The notes below the pieces were generated by a model, which saw nothing but the letters and a program-made list of their open reading frames with translations, had not been told where the DNA came from and made no database searches. DNA of 63,178 nt, filler included, from Octopus bimaculoides (taxonomy: Eukaryota): NCBI RefSeq assembly GCF_001194135.2. It is 8 parts of 8 records of this genome, joined end to end, with 100 filler letters (N's around TTAATTAATTAA, not from the genome) between each part and the next. Parts side by side here need not be neighbours in the genome. Positions count along the whole stretch, not along the records: positions 40,337 to 50,898 come from NC_068984.1; positions 50,999 to 60,429 come from NC_068981.1; positions 60,530 to 63,178 come from NW_026437492.1; 5 more parts are not named here. One strand, written 5' to 3'. Positions 48,216 through 60,835 of this stretch are shown here, one piece after another (the first letter of the stretch is position 1; every line of letters begins with the position of its first letter). The position numbers and the translations under genes are program-made.

Positions 48216-48869
48216 TGTGAAAAGATAAACTCTAATCATATCTGTGTGCCCCGAATTTTATTGTAGGCATACATGAAATAAACTTCCGTCGATTCAATGT
48301 TCTTGAGAGAAAGACTAGAAGGTCTACTCTAGTGTAATAATTATGATCATGCAAGTGCATACAATGCACATTGGTAGTTTACGCGGAAACAGTTCAGGGA
48401 CTAAACACGAATTGGATGTGAATGAAAAACCAGCAATTTTTGCAAATTCTCAATGGCTCAGCAGAGCAAAATAATAAATTAAGCGTACAAACACACACAC
48501 ACAAACACACACACACACATGCACACACACATATGTATATGTAAAACAAAGTATAAATTATGGTCATTACATATTTTCTTCGCAATGAAGAAAAATATGT
48601 AAAGACAATTATTTACACCTTGTCTTGTGTATCACTCCGTGTAAAAACCAGTATAACTAGAGCACAACCACGGATTTACAATATCGAATGGTGATGAACT
48701 ATAACATGAGTCGCTGTTACAAGGATACACAAAGTTCTCTACTAATCTAAACAATATTGTTAACCTGGTATACTAACAGAGAACGTATAAAGTATTTTTC
48801 AAAGATTATATACACATTGCAAGCTGCTGAATGTTTTAACGTTATATTTATGTGTCTTAGTGTGCCTGT

Positions 48870-48918
<49 letters not shown>

Positions 48919-49049
48919 AATGTTGTTTGTTATAGATATTTCCATTTTTTTAATTTCATTAATTTGCATGCAATTATATAAACCAGGTGCATTGACATGT
49001 CTTCATGGGTCATGCTTTCCCAAATTGCTTTTGATGCCTGTGTAGTCAG

Positions 49050-49285
49050 CAGCAGATATAGGCATTGTCTAGGGTATCCCATCCCCCACTGGACAGCATT
49101 CAGTATGTAAGTTTTAGACAGGAGCTCACCAGCGTGTACCTGGAACTCGTTTGCAGTTGAATAGACGTGAACTATAAAAAATGAAGTGCCTTGCTGAAGG
49201 ATAGAACGTACTGCTTTGTCCATGAATCGAACTCATGAACTTAGGTTTGCTAAGCTCGAAAACCTTCACCGCTTGGCCGCATCCA
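49050..49285 (-). mobile_element. Old tRNA-derived SINE
   Basis: Minus: gcggccaagcggtgaagg..gagttcgattc..agcaaggcacttcat head and body. Confidence 0.55.
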
Positions 49286-50699
49286 TGTGCTATCATATGA
49301 TATACTGTTAAAATACGAGTATTGTAAATACAAATATTTACCTTCTTTATATTATCAGGCAAACTAATAGAGAGCAAAGCAAATCCTCTTATATTTAGAT
49401 TTTTAAAAATTTGAAGTTTGCAATGTTGAATGTATTGGATAATTTGAATATCTGTTGGTAGATTTGACTGATAAATTCTGCAGTTTGTTTGAAAAGAATC
49501 ACCTGATAGATATTCGGAACAAAAGAGAGAGAGAGAGAAAAAAAACAGATCATACAAAAAATTTCCCTTTGGAAAATTCGTTAATGCATTTTAAGAAAGA
49601 TCTGATGGATCTCCGTCATACAACTATGAGGATTTAGTCGTTCGTTCAATTGAATTAATTTCCTTCTTTTCCTTAAATTGTAGTATTAGTGGCTGCGTAT
49701 TCCACTGGAATCTATACATAGCATATATCTCACCGGGAGAGTCAACGTGACAACGTTTGAAACGGACGTCACGTTTGAATTTCTGAATCAATCCACTCAA
49801 CGGGGTCTTGTAATCATTTTTATCTACTCTGTTTCACTCACAAATTGCTATAGGAATCGCACCTGTTCAAAATGCCAAGATATCAATCAGTGAGTTTGAA
49901 CCCGCGACTTCATGATTCGAAATAACCTATTTTTCTATTCGAAATTACTGCATCTATTTTAAGCAATATATAAAGAGGAAAAAAAAAAATGATTCAGAGC
50001 GAATGCATATAAAAATAAAGGATTAAAATGAGTAAGAATTAAATTAAGAAAAAAATAAAGCCACATTTGAAATAATTTAATGTATTTGAAAATATATTCT
50101 GATATACATTTGCGAGTAAGCTTGGAGATTAGAGCGTTCCAATTCTTACCTGTCATATAAAAATTTAGTTTTTCATTGCATACTGGTTCTACATTCATAT
50201 CTAGGGATAACGTTTGAAATCAAACTAAGGTTGATATCTCCAAAACTGAAATCGTACATAATCCAATATGCATTTTCGTGTTTAAGGAATTAAGCTATCA
50301 TACGAGAAATATTTATCAGCCTTCTTTGGTGGCAGATAAATCTCTGCTTCAATGACAGAGGAGGAAGAAGTGAAAGAAAAAAGAAATATTTGTAAATAAA
50401 TAACGAGGTAACATATTCATGAGTTTAAAAACAAAACGACGTTTGGGAAAGACATTTCTTAATTCTCTTATTTTGCTACTATGAATTGAGAAATATTCAA
50501 ATGATTTCCAGAGTTCTTATTTTCTATTGTAAATTGAGGAAAAGGGTTTCTAATAATGCAGGGAATCAGTACTGATTCCTTGCATTCTTGGTGGAAAGAA
50601 GAACACGGAAGAGATAGGGCATGTTATGAAAGATATATTTAAAATTGTATACATGCACGCACAATCATACGTACGTACATGTACATGTGTGTGTATGTG

Positions 50700-50740
<41 letters not shown>

Positions 50741-50745
<5 letters not shown>

Positions 50746-50898
50746 GACGCATGACTCAGTGGTTAGAGCATCGAGCTTACGATCGTGAGGTTGTGATTTC
50801 GATTCCCGGACCGGGCTGTGTGCTGTGTTCTCGAGCAAGACACTTTATTTCACGTTGCTTCAGTTAACTCAGCTGTAGAAATGAGTTGCGACATCACT
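50741..50898 (+). mobile_element. SINE family C, truncated by gap
   Basis: Near-identical to 30062-30210. Confidence 0.85.
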
Positions 50899-51324
50899 NN
50901 NNNNNNNNNNNNNNNNNNNNNNNNNNNNNNNNNNNNNNNNNNTTAATTAATTAANNNNNNNNNNNNNNNNNNNNNNNNNNNNNNNNNNNNNNNNNNNNGT
51001 TGACGACTTAGCACATACACATATTCCCTTTCTTCCTCCTCCGCTACCTCTGTCACTCTTTCTCACTTTCTGTCAGTGTGTGTGTGTGTGTGTATAATAT
51101 ATAATATATATATATATTTATATATAATTAATATGAACGGCAGTTTACAATGTTTCCCCAAAAAGGAGAATTACAAATGTCACTCAATGCGACTAGGGTG
51201 TTAGGAAACACCTACATTGCTAGAAATAAGACCCAAACCGCTGTAATGCTGTAGTCAACGCACATGAATAAAAACATATACACTAACAGGGACCATAATT
51301 GTCCGAAAAGTGCCGATCGGGAAT

Positions 51325-51377
51325 TCTCAATACTGATGCGTCAGTTTCGGCAATTTCCCTAGCCTCTTCAGTGAAGA
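51325..51377 (-). ncRNA. Compact type I hammerhead ribozyme with a looped stem III
   Basis: Minus: tcttca-CTGAAGA-ggc(tagggaaatt)gcc-GAA-actga(cgca)tcagt-A-ttgaga. GUA site, cut between 51331 and 51330. Confidence 0.75.
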
Positions 51378-52384
51378 CGGCTCTTTCCATTTCCCCGGTA
51401 TCGCGGTTGATCTCATAGCTCTTCAGTTGGGGTTTGAGTGTGTCGTTGAAGCAATTTGTCTATCCTGAAATCGCCATCATTGTCATTGTGCCTATTTTAG
51501 AACTCGTTCAATAAGACCGGATACCGTTGAGAAATTTACTTACAAAAATAATTTCACAAAAATGGATTATCAAGTTAGTTAATCGGAAGAACAAGATGTC
51601 TGACTTATCGTGGGGGGAACTCTTTCTTGAAAAAATGTGAAATTTCTGCCAAATTAGATTAAGTATACGATATCACTGACGACCTCTTCCGGCCAACAGT
51701 CATCCTCAGTATAACATACACTGCATAAAAAGGCTGACCTCCTCCCCACCTTTTTTCCTTCCTTCCTTCCTTCCTTCCTTCCTTCCTTCCTTCCTTCCTT
51801 CCTTCTTCTTCTTCTTCTTCTTCTTCTTCACAGCCAGGAAATAACTCAGATCCCCAACGAATACCAACCCTCTACCCACTATGCAGTGCTGTTAAGCCGA
51901 GGGTTTAAAATTAATCAATCAAAGGACATACTAAGTATGTCCAATAAATAATTTTTCTCGTAATTCTGTAACGAGATTATTTTACACTGGTAAGCTGCTG
52001 TGATTTCAGTAGCGGCACAGACTTCAGAACGATAGGTTGGAAATCTCTTATCCTAGTAATGCGTGCTGAGGAAGCTAAGGCTTATTGTGCCAATGCAGAA
52101 ACTAGTCCACGTGAATCCAAATACTTAAATGTATGTAAGTAGATTGTCTTAACCAAATTTGCCTTCGTTTGATTTCTGTAGTTATCACCGGTGTATTTTT
52201 GGCGATTTAATAACGAATTTTGACTGTTATTTCAAGCAGGTAGACATACTTAGTATGTCCTTTGATTAATTTTAATCCCTCGGCTATTTAAATGCTATTT
52301 TTGGCCTGCAGTCGCCTGTATCGTTGATTCTGTTATTATTATTCTTAAATTAGTTACATTGGATAATAATAGAATTAACGATAC

Positions 52385-52915
52385 CACGGTTTCTTTCAGT
52401 TTCCGTCGACCAAATGCACTCACAGGGCTTTGGTCGGCCGGAGGCGAGAGTAGAAGACACTTGCCCAAAGTGCCACACACATACACACACACACACATCT
52501 TGGTTTCTATGGCTGGATGCCCTCCTGATGCCAACCACTTTACAGAGTGTACTGGTTGCATTTTATGTGGTACCATCACCAGTGTTTTTTATGTGGTACC
52601 AACGCTACTGCCTTTTATATGGTACCAGCACCCACATCAATACTTTTTACATGGATTTAAGATTTCAATTTTGCTGTGGTGTACGGGTCTTCTTGACTAC
52701 AGCAATGCACCACATATATTGGTCCTCTGTCATCTTCTCCATCAGGTTCTGCATTTTGAGATCGAGCTTCTTTCAGTTTCCATCTACCAAATCTACTTAT
52801 GAAGCTTTGGTTGGCCTGAGTTTATAGTAGAAGACATTTGCTCAAGGTGCCATGAAGTGGGACTGAACATGGAACCATGTGGTTGGGAAGCAAGCTCCTT
52901 ACCACACAGCCATAC
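52385..52915 (-). mobile_element. Composite of two SINE-A head fragments around an RTE 3' UTR fragment
   Basis: SINE-A pieces at 52385-52475 and 52765-52915; RTE tail ctatggctggatgccctcctgatgccaaccact at 52500-52640. Confidence 0.65.
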
Positions 52916-53162
52916 CTAGCACGGTTTCTATTAATAATGCAAACCATTTTACAGTGTAGGGAGGCACCAACACACACACCAATGCTATTGGGTGACATGT
53001 GACCAATACAACCTGTCACATGGTCGGACAGTTGTCGACTAAACAGGCAACACTACCAACCCTGCTCGGCAAGGAGAAGGGATTTTATTGGACAACCTGC
53101 TGAATGAAAAATGAAACTTGTCAAAGGTCGAATGAACTCTGTTTAATCAACGGCCATACAAC

Positions 53163-53219
53163 CAGCATCTGTCACAGCATCTGTCACAGCATCTGTCACA
53201 GCATCTGTCACAGCATCTG
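53163..53219 (+). repeat. Tandem repeat, 4.75 x 12 bp (cagcatctgtca)
   Basis: Perfect units, read directly. Confidence 0.95.
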
Positions 53220-53404
53220 CCTGGGAGAGGAACACTCAGATACAAAAGCTGCGATTTCTCACGATTTCTGGTCGTTTCGCTTCGGCCTGTTTCAAGTTAC
53301 AAATCACAGAGGCTCGGAGTGTTGTACCAGTGGTTATCACCGTCATCCAATGACGTCACAGAAGTCTCTTTACCGTGACTTCATTCGTCATTCCATCGTT
53401 ATCT

Positions 53405-54345
53405 TTCATCTTTTACTTGTTTCAGTCATTTGACTGCGGTCATGCTGTAGCACCGTCTTGAAGGATTTTTAGTCGAATGAATCGATCCCCCGTACTGAAT
53501 TTTTAAAAAGCCTGGTACTTATTCTATCGGTCACTTTTGTCGAACCACTGAGTTACAGGCACGTAAACATACCATCACCGGTTGGGGAACAAACATAGAC
53601 ACAAAGACAAAGATATACAGAGTGCGGTGAATAAACTGTCGTCTATATTACGCAAAAATGAAAATAACACAGACATCTCATTTTAACAGATATATTTACC
53701 AAAATTCCATTAAAATATGTTGAAATACTAAAGAGTAAATTTATTCAATAAAATCGCCATTGGCTTCAACTACAGCCTCCAGACGACTTCAGAATCTTGT
53801 GCAACTCTTTTGGACGGTCTCCTTGTTTAAGTTGGTGAACGCCGCCATAATTCTTGCCTTCAGTTCATCTTTGGTGTTACAAAGAGTTTTGTTGGTCTCT
53901 CGCTCAATTGTTCCCCACACATAATAATCAAGGGGGTTGTAGTCTGGGGAGTTAGGTGGCCTGATGTTAAGGGTGATGTGGTTGCAGAAATTGTCTGACA
54001 GCCATGACTGGGTTCTCCTGCTTGTGTGACATGGTGTGGCATAGTGTTGCCAGACACAGCGTCTTCCACCAGCCACCCTCTTGACCCAAGACAGCACTAT
54101 CTCCTCCAGGCAGCTGATGTAGGCCTCTGTGTTGAATTTGAGATTGTGTAGGAAGATGAATGGCGGCATAACGTCATATACGTCGGGCTTCTTTCAGTTT
54201 TCGTCGCCTGAATCCACTCACAGGGCATTGATCGGTCCGAGGATATAGCAGAAGAAACTTGCCCAATGTGCCATGCAGTGGGACTGAACTCGGAAGCATG
54301 TGGTTGGGGAGCAAACTTCTTACAAGTACCACACAACTTGCGCCT
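53405..54345 (-). mobile_element. SINE family A tail (53405-53615) and head (54180-54345) flanking a maT fragment
   Basis: Standard family A tail and head sequences, both minus strand. Confidence 0.65.
53618..54175 (-). mobile_element. DD37D (maT-type) transposon 3' half, same family as 30464
   Basis: MPPFIF...PCHTSRRTQSWLSDNF...PPNSPDYNPLDYYVWGTIERETNKT...KSCTRF. One TIR TA|cagagtgcggtgaataaactgtc. Confidence 0.85.
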
Positions 54346-54369
54346 TTCCAGATACTCAAATCTCTATGG

Positions 54370-54640
54370 TGATGACAGAGTGGCGATGTGTGCAGATCTG
54401 AGCAGTGAGAAGGTTTCAACTTCAGGTGGGAAACCCTTTAAACTTATCAAAGAACTCCTTATGTCACAGTGATTCGATCAATCGAGAAAGTTCCAACTTT
54501 CGTTTGACATCTGTGCCCCAGACCATACAGATCTTCAGCGAGACTGAATTGTCATCGGAGGAGTCATGGTCGGAAAGTCAGAAAAGCTATTGACAACGAG
54601 GGAACATATGGAGATAGCAATCATCTGTGCAGATGGGGCA
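54370..54640 (+). mobile_element. Possible LINE AP-endonuclease fragment
   Basis: APDHTDLQRD*IVIGGVMVGK loosely resembles the APE 'R.DR....GGGV' motif. Confidence 0.3.
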
Positions 54641-54644
54641 ATCA

Positions 54645-54691
<47 letters not shown>

Positions 54692-55150
54692 NNNNNNNNN
54701 NACACACACACACACACACACACACACAACGACATTTTATAATGTGTTCTTCCATAATTTAAGACAATAGATGCGACTTGAAGGCAACTCAGCTATTTCA
54801 GGCACGTTACACCATTGAGCAAAGGTCTTCGTTATTGGTTCAAAAACATTTTGTTGTTTTGACCCCAAACAAGCCCTGATCAAATAGGACTACAGTAAGG
54901 GGCATTCCAGCCTGTCCTTTTTGTTCATCAGAAATTACATTGTTCAATATATCCGTCATTTCGAGAAACAGAAGAATGTGGTTTAAGGAGGTTTGGCTGC
55001 TATTTCTAGCTGCTAAAGCAGCCATGTAGAAACTTAAGGGTTGAATACCGAGACGATCTGACGTAGATCGACGTCATTATATACAGCGGGAATGGTGGGG
55101 AGATTGTTTGGCAGCGATACAGAAGACAGACCAGACATCTACACGAAAAC

Positions 55151-55225
<75 letters not shown>

Positions 55226-55617
55226 CTATGTCTGTTTATCTAGCTATCTGTTTGCCCATCTGTCTGTCTATTCCATTAGAATAAGGATTTATATTATAAC
55301 AACTTCGCTAATTTGTAATATTTTATTTCCCTCGTACATTTATCCAACAAATGGTGGATATTCTCGTGAATTTGCCATACAAAATGCAGAAGCTTGTAAA
55401 GTCCAGGAAACGAAACCTTATGTGTGCAAGTGTGTGTGTGTGTGTATGTGTGTGCGCGCGCGCGGTATGTTGTGTGTGCGTGTGTGTGCGTGTATGTATG
55501 TGTGGCGTATATATGTGTAGTGTGTGTGTGTGTATGTGGTGTGTGTATGGTGTGTGTTGTGTATGTGTTGTGTGTGTGATGTGTGTGGTGTGTGTGTGTG
55601 ATGTGTGTGGTGTGTGC

Positions 55618-55655
<38 letters not shown>

Positions 55656-55669
55656 TTCGAAATTTTGGC

Positions 55670-55810
55670 ACAAGGCCAGCAATTTCGGGTAAGTGTGCAA
55701 ATCGATTACATCCAGCTCCAGTACACAACTGGTACTTATTTTATCGACTTCGTAAGGATGACAGGCAAAGTCCACCTCGGCTGCATATGAACTCAGAACG
55801 TAAAGATGAT
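55670..55810 (-). mobile_element. SINE family B fragment
   Basis: cacaaggcc..atcgattacatc..actggtacttattttatcgac..aactcagaacgta. Confidence 0.7.
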
Positions 55811-56111
55811 TCTACCAGCTCGCCTTATATATTCTCTATTCTTTTCTTTTACTTGTCTCAGTCATGTGACTTCGGCCTTGCTGGAGTATCGCCTTTAGTC
55901 GAACAAATCTACCCGAAGGACTTCTTTGTAAGCCTAGTACTTAGTCAATCGATGGTGGGAGAGGGACAAACACAGACACACAAACATACACACACAGACA
56001 CACAAACATACACACACAGACACACACATACATACATATATATAGATATAAGAAAATAAGAAAATAGATAATTGAATTAATAATTATTCATCAATTATAA
56101 AATAGGACATC

Positions 56112-56196
56112 ATCTCTGACAGCTGTTTCGATTCAAGACTTTTAGAAATTAATCAGTATAATTAAAAACATTTTAAAGCTGAATCTCATCGAAGGT
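56112..56196 (-). ncRNA. Degenerate hammerhead-like motif
   Basis: Minus: core tcgatga (should be CTGATGA), stem II gattc/gaatc around about 50 nt, GAAACAGCTGTC. Stem I is weak. Confidence 0.45.
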
Positions 56197-56384
56197 GGCT
56201 AAAGATATACCGTTAGATTTTCATGTTCCAGTGTGTTGAGTGTACGGCTCCAAACTGTAAAATCTAATGGTATATATTTAGCCATCTTAGATGAGATTCA
56301 ACTTCAAAATGTTTTTGATTTTACTAATTGTGTGTGTGTGTCTGTGTCTGTGTGTGTGTATGCGTGTGTGTACTCTTTTTTACT

Positions 56385-56780
56385 CTTTTACTCTTTTGAT
56401 TTGTTTCAGTCATTTGACTGCGGTCATGCTGGAGCATCACCTTTAGTCGAACAAATCGACCCCAGGACTTATTCTTTTGTAAACCTAGTACTTATTCTAT
56501 GTTTTTGCCGAACCGCTAAGTGACGGGGACGTAAACACACCGACATCGGTTGTCAAGCGATGGTGGGGGAACAAACACAGACACAAACAACAAATACATT
56601 CATATATATATATATATACATATATACGACGGGTTTCTTTCAGTTTCCGTCTACCAAATCCACTCACAAGACTTTGGTCGACCCGAGGCTATAGAAGAAG
56701 ACATTTGCCCAAAGTGCCACGCACTGGGGTTGAACCCGGAACCATGTGATTGGGAAGCAAACTTATCACACAACCGCTCC
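56385..56780 (-). mobile_element. SINE family A, full length (another tail fragment at 55845-56040)
   Basis: Head, short microsatellite and tail as at 1603. Confidence 0.85.
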
Positions 56781-56785
56781 TAAAC

Positions 56786-57035
56786 CAGTGGTCTCCACCA
56801 TTTTTATCTATGGACTCCTTTGGTTCCCTTTTTATTTCGGTGGACCCATTCCATGTTTTAAAAATCCTATTAAATTTTTTATAGTTAAATATTATTAGGA
56901 ATTGTATTACAAAAATAGTTAAAATATTTTGTGTCTTGTAGATGTGTAAGTAATTTATTGTACATAAACTTCAACGACAAAATCTTATAGGGACCCCCCA
57001 CCAGGATCACAATGGACCCTGATTGAGAACCACTA
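56786..57035. mobile_element. hAT-type MITE
   Basis: TIRs cagtggtctccac / ttgagaaccacta (CAGTGGTTCTCAA type). 8 bp TSD tcctaaac (56778-56785) / tcttaaac (57036-57043). Confidence 0.8.
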
Positions 57036-57614
57036 TCTTAAACACTATCCAATTTATTATTCTCGTATATCATTTAACCTCTTCTAAAATCTAAAAATAT
57101 AATCTCTGAACGTTTAAAAACACTCCCACTTCATCTTATAATTCAGTTTGCTTGTTTTTATTTAGCAATTCACTTGTATGTTTTCCCAGTTTTGCAAAAA
57201 CCATTCATTACATTCTAAGACGTAAAGCTCACAGAGTCAAACAATATAACTTTATATTCATACCATGACTGTCTAGGATTTATCAGCAGTGAATCCCTAG
57301 TGATTGAACAGGCAACCTTATAATAAATTCCATAAAATAAATTAGAAAAAGAAAAAGGACAAACAAGAACCAAAACCTCTCAATAACTTTAAATTTAAGT
57401 TAGGCTTCTCGATGTAAATGGATTTCTGTAGGACTTAATGAGCCGGGTTTTCTTTTTTATGTACATCACATATCAGCGTTTCTGAAACAAAATGTCTACC
57501 TCATTGACTCCGTGTACTAATAAAATTTCACAGCGATATCCGATGTCGTTCTAATATTTCTGAAGACATTAGTGTCTTCAGGCGATGCACGAATGTCTCT
57601 TGACTAATCTCCCT

Positions 57615-57980
57615 TAGGCGCAGTCAGGGTCTCAGGTTCAGTTCCACTGTGTAGCACTTTAGGCAAGTATCTTCTACTATAGCCACGGGCTAACCAAAGC
57701 CTTGTGAGTGGATTTGGTAGACGGAAACTGAAAGGAGCCTGTATATATAAACGTGTGTGCGTGTGTAAGTCTTTCTGTCTATGGTTGTTACTGCTAGACA
57801 ACAGGTGTCGGGGTGTTTACGTGAGCATAACTTAGCGGTTCGATTTAAATGGACCGAGAGAATAGGTACAAGACTTAACAAAATATCAAGATTGGGGTCG
57901 GTTCGGTTCGTTTGACTAAAAATTTTCCAAGGCAGTGCCCCAGCATGGCCGCAGTCTAATGATTGAAACAAATAAAAAAA
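57615..57980 (+). mobile_element. SINE family A, diverged head, intact tail
   Basis: Tail ggcagtgccccagcatggccgcagtctaatgattgaaacaaataaaaaa. Confidence 0.8.
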
Positions 57981-57989
57981 ACGGGGCTC

Positions 57990-58240
57990 CTCTTGTCTCA
58001 ACCGTTCCATCCCACACCCGTCCTCCACTCTCTTCTGTCCCTGGAGGGACTTGACGCAATCTCTTTATTATTATGTTTCCCTGTTTTTACTTGGATTAAG
58101 GAATCATGCCTATGTTGATCAGAATTTCTGTGGTGCTCCCTAATTTGACTGCCTTTGGCGATCATTTTTAGTTTACCCAATCTGATGCCTAGACCCAGCT
58201 TTACAGCCAAAGCAACAACGCCATTTTGTCTCTCGTTCTC
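57990..58240 (-). mobile_element. Possible LINE C-terminal fragment
   Basis: DSLIQVKTGKHNNKEIASSPSRDRREWRTGV resembles the 'D.L..DTG....EL...M.DR.EWR..V' end of RTE-group ORFs. Confidence 0.35.
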
Positions 58241-58619
58241 ATTCCATGATAAAAAAAAAAAACAACCGTTTCATTTAATACCGTCCACAGTAACAGGACG
58301 TATCTAATTCTTTTAGGGACCAATTGCTGTCGGTGACGACCAGGATTACGTGTTTTTCCCCCGTTTTTTTTTTCTTTATCGCCGTATCTTGACCCCTTGG
58401 CTATTTCAGTTCTGTGCTATTAGAGATCGTCTTGCGTTTCGATGTTTAGTGTTGTCAATCGATTTGCTGGAAATAGTGAGTCAAATCTCTCTTAGATAAC
58501 ACTGCTTTGTCTATAAAGCAGAAGGATTCTTTTAGATGTTGTGGTCTTGGATATGCTATGGCTGCAGCTGGAATGCCTTTGATAAAAAGGTCTGTTAGAT
58601 CGGGAATGACCATAGCCTG

Positions 58620-58890
58620 AAATACCACCACCACCACCACTACCACAGAAACAACAACAACATCAATAACAACAGCATCAAACACAACAGCAACAGCAGC
58701 AACAATAATAATAGCATCATCGTCGTCGTCGTCGTCGTCGTCGTCGTCATCATCATCATCATCATCATCAATAATAACAGCAACAGCAGCAACAACAATG
58801 ATGACAACGGTGATGACAACAATAACCAGAGCAGCAGCAGCAGCAGCAGCAACAACAACAACAACAAGACAACAAGAAGAGCATGTCGTC
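58620..58890. repeat. Compound trinucleotide microsatellite (CAC/CAA/CAG/CAT/CGT)n
   Basis: Read directly. Source of the spurious poly-D/V/A and poly-L ORFs. Confidence 0.9.
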
Positions 58891-59275
58891 ATAAACTATA
58901 CATAAAGTTTGTATTTACATGTCAATAAAAATATTAAATTCAATCAAAGATGTGCAAACGGATATAAAAATTAATTAAATAATTAACTTTATGGTGATAC
59001 TAATCACATTAAATATTCTAAATGAAAATTAAGCATAACATATAACATTTAAAATGTTGGATATTGTATCGTTATGAAGAGGAGACACAGTATTTGAGTG
59101 TTCGATTTAAACCAGTAAACCAATCAGGGACTTCTCGATTTTCTGGAACTCGTTATTCTCCGGAAATCGAGAGTTTAAAGCAAAAAATCACGAGTACCTG
59201 GAAATTGGGGGGGGGGACGATTCTAATCTTTAGTTTTCGCCATTTGTGTAACATATAAAAGACACACATGAAACT

Positions 59276-60087
59276 GCATTCCAGAAGGTTCGAGACTTTT
59301 TCTCATCTCTTTGAAATTAAGATCATCTGACTTCAATGCACTTGTTATAAGGCTCCAGTCACTTCATGATGGGCCCCATAGAAGTCCTCAAGAGAGAAGG
59401 GGTCCAGGATCCTTGTCATAGCATCCTTCATCTTCAAGGCAACTGCACCCGAGGTTCTCCTTCAGCTTGGAGAACAACCAAAAGTCACCGTGAACAAAGC
59501 CTGCGTTGCAGGGAGGGCCGTGGGCAGTTTTCGCACCCATCTCTGTCAAGTAGTTGCTTGCCAGAATGTTCGTCGTTGAACACCTTGCAAACAAACTTTG
59601 CACTAATATTGCTCATGTTCAGATCGTCATGAATAATTCTGTGTACTGTCGCCACATCAACTCCAAACTGTATGATCGCTGTCTTTATAAATACACGAGT
59701 CATCACTCAGAGAATTGTGAATTTTCTCAACCATCTCAGATGTTCTGACGCTCCCCACCTCAATACTTCCCTTCCGATCTTGAACCTCTTCTGCCAGTGA
59801 AAAAGTTAATCCATAAGCATTTTATGAATTTTCGTAGTGTTTTTCCCCCAGATTAACACAAAACCTTATTGCATTTCGAGCTTCGTCCCAACTGCATTCT
59901 GCAAACAAGTCAGCTGTGTCACGCAATGTTTGGTAGGGTGTGTTCAAAGTGTTGTTACAGCCGTCACCTTCAATCTGAAATTAAAAGTTGGCAGGTCAGT
60001 TTATTAGATGTATCGTAATGATATACAAAAATGACATTCATCTAGGACAGTTATATCGTCTCTCCCCCACAAAAAAGTCTCAAAACT
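59276..60087 (-). mobile_element. Decayed mariner (DD34D-type) element
   Basis: TVHRIIHDDLNMSNISAKFV and GDFWLFSKLKENLG motifs. End motifs gttcgagacttttt / aaaaagtctcaaaac. Confidence 0.75.
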
Positions 60088-60115
60088 ATATGTGTGTGTG
60101 TGTGTGTGTGTGTGT

Positions 60116-60429
60116 GGAGGCGCAATGGCCCAGTGGTTAGGGCAAAGGACTCGCGGTCTGAGGATCGCGGTTTCGATTCCCAGACCGGGCGTTGTGTGTG
60201 TTTATTGAGCGAAAGCACCTAAAGCTCCACGAGGCCCTGGCAAGGGGTGGTGGCGACCCCTGTTGTACACTTTCGCCCCAACTTTCTCTCACTCTTTCTT
60301 CCTGTTTCTTGAGTAACGCTGCGATGGACTGGCGTCCCGTCCAGCTGTGGGGAGGGGACATACGCCATAGAAACCGGGAAACCGGGTCCATGAGCCTGTT
60401 TAGGCTTGAAAAGGGCGCATAAATAAATT
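60116..60429 (+). mobile_element. tRNA-derived SINE family D, full length
   Basis: ggaggcgcaatggcccagtggttagggc..ggtttcgattccc head; tail gcgatggactggcgtcccgtccag..gaaaccgggaaaccgg. Confidence 0.85.
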
Positions 60430-60574
60430 NNNNNNNNNNNNNNNNNNNNNNNNNNNNNNNNNNNNNNNNNNNNTTAATTAATTAANNNNNNNNNNNNNNN
60501 NNNNNNNNNNNNNNNNNNNNNNNNNNNNNATGATTATGTTGTTATAGATAATAATATTCCTGAAAATAATAATA

Positions 60575-60835
60575 ATAATAATTATCATTTAACGTTCGTT
60601 GTCCATGCTGGCATGGGTTGGACAGTTTGATCAGGGCTGGTAAGTTGCGGGGTTGCACCAGACTCCAGTCTGATTTGGCATGGTTTCTATGGTTGGATGC
60701 CCTTTCTAATACCAACCGAGAGTGTAATGGGTGCTTATTACATGACACCAGCATCAGTTACATTGCCTCTGTGAGGCCCAGCGCTCAAATGGTACCTTTT
60801 TCGTGCCACCGGCACATGTGCCTGTTATGTGACAC
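60575..60835 (-). mobile_element. RTE LINE 3' UTR fragment
   Basis: tccatgctggcatgggttggac..ctatggttggatgccctttctaataccaacc. Confidence 0.8.

Noticed and set aside
57560-57581. ctgaagaca-ttag-tgtcttcag hairpin containing CTGAAGA
   Set aside because: No stem II/GAAA/stem III arrangement can be built on either strand. It is a simple 9 bp palindrome.
58455-58892. 145 aa ORF with poly-V/A/D tracts
   Set aside because: Compound trinucleotide microsatellite, open in several frames, no splice or domain support.
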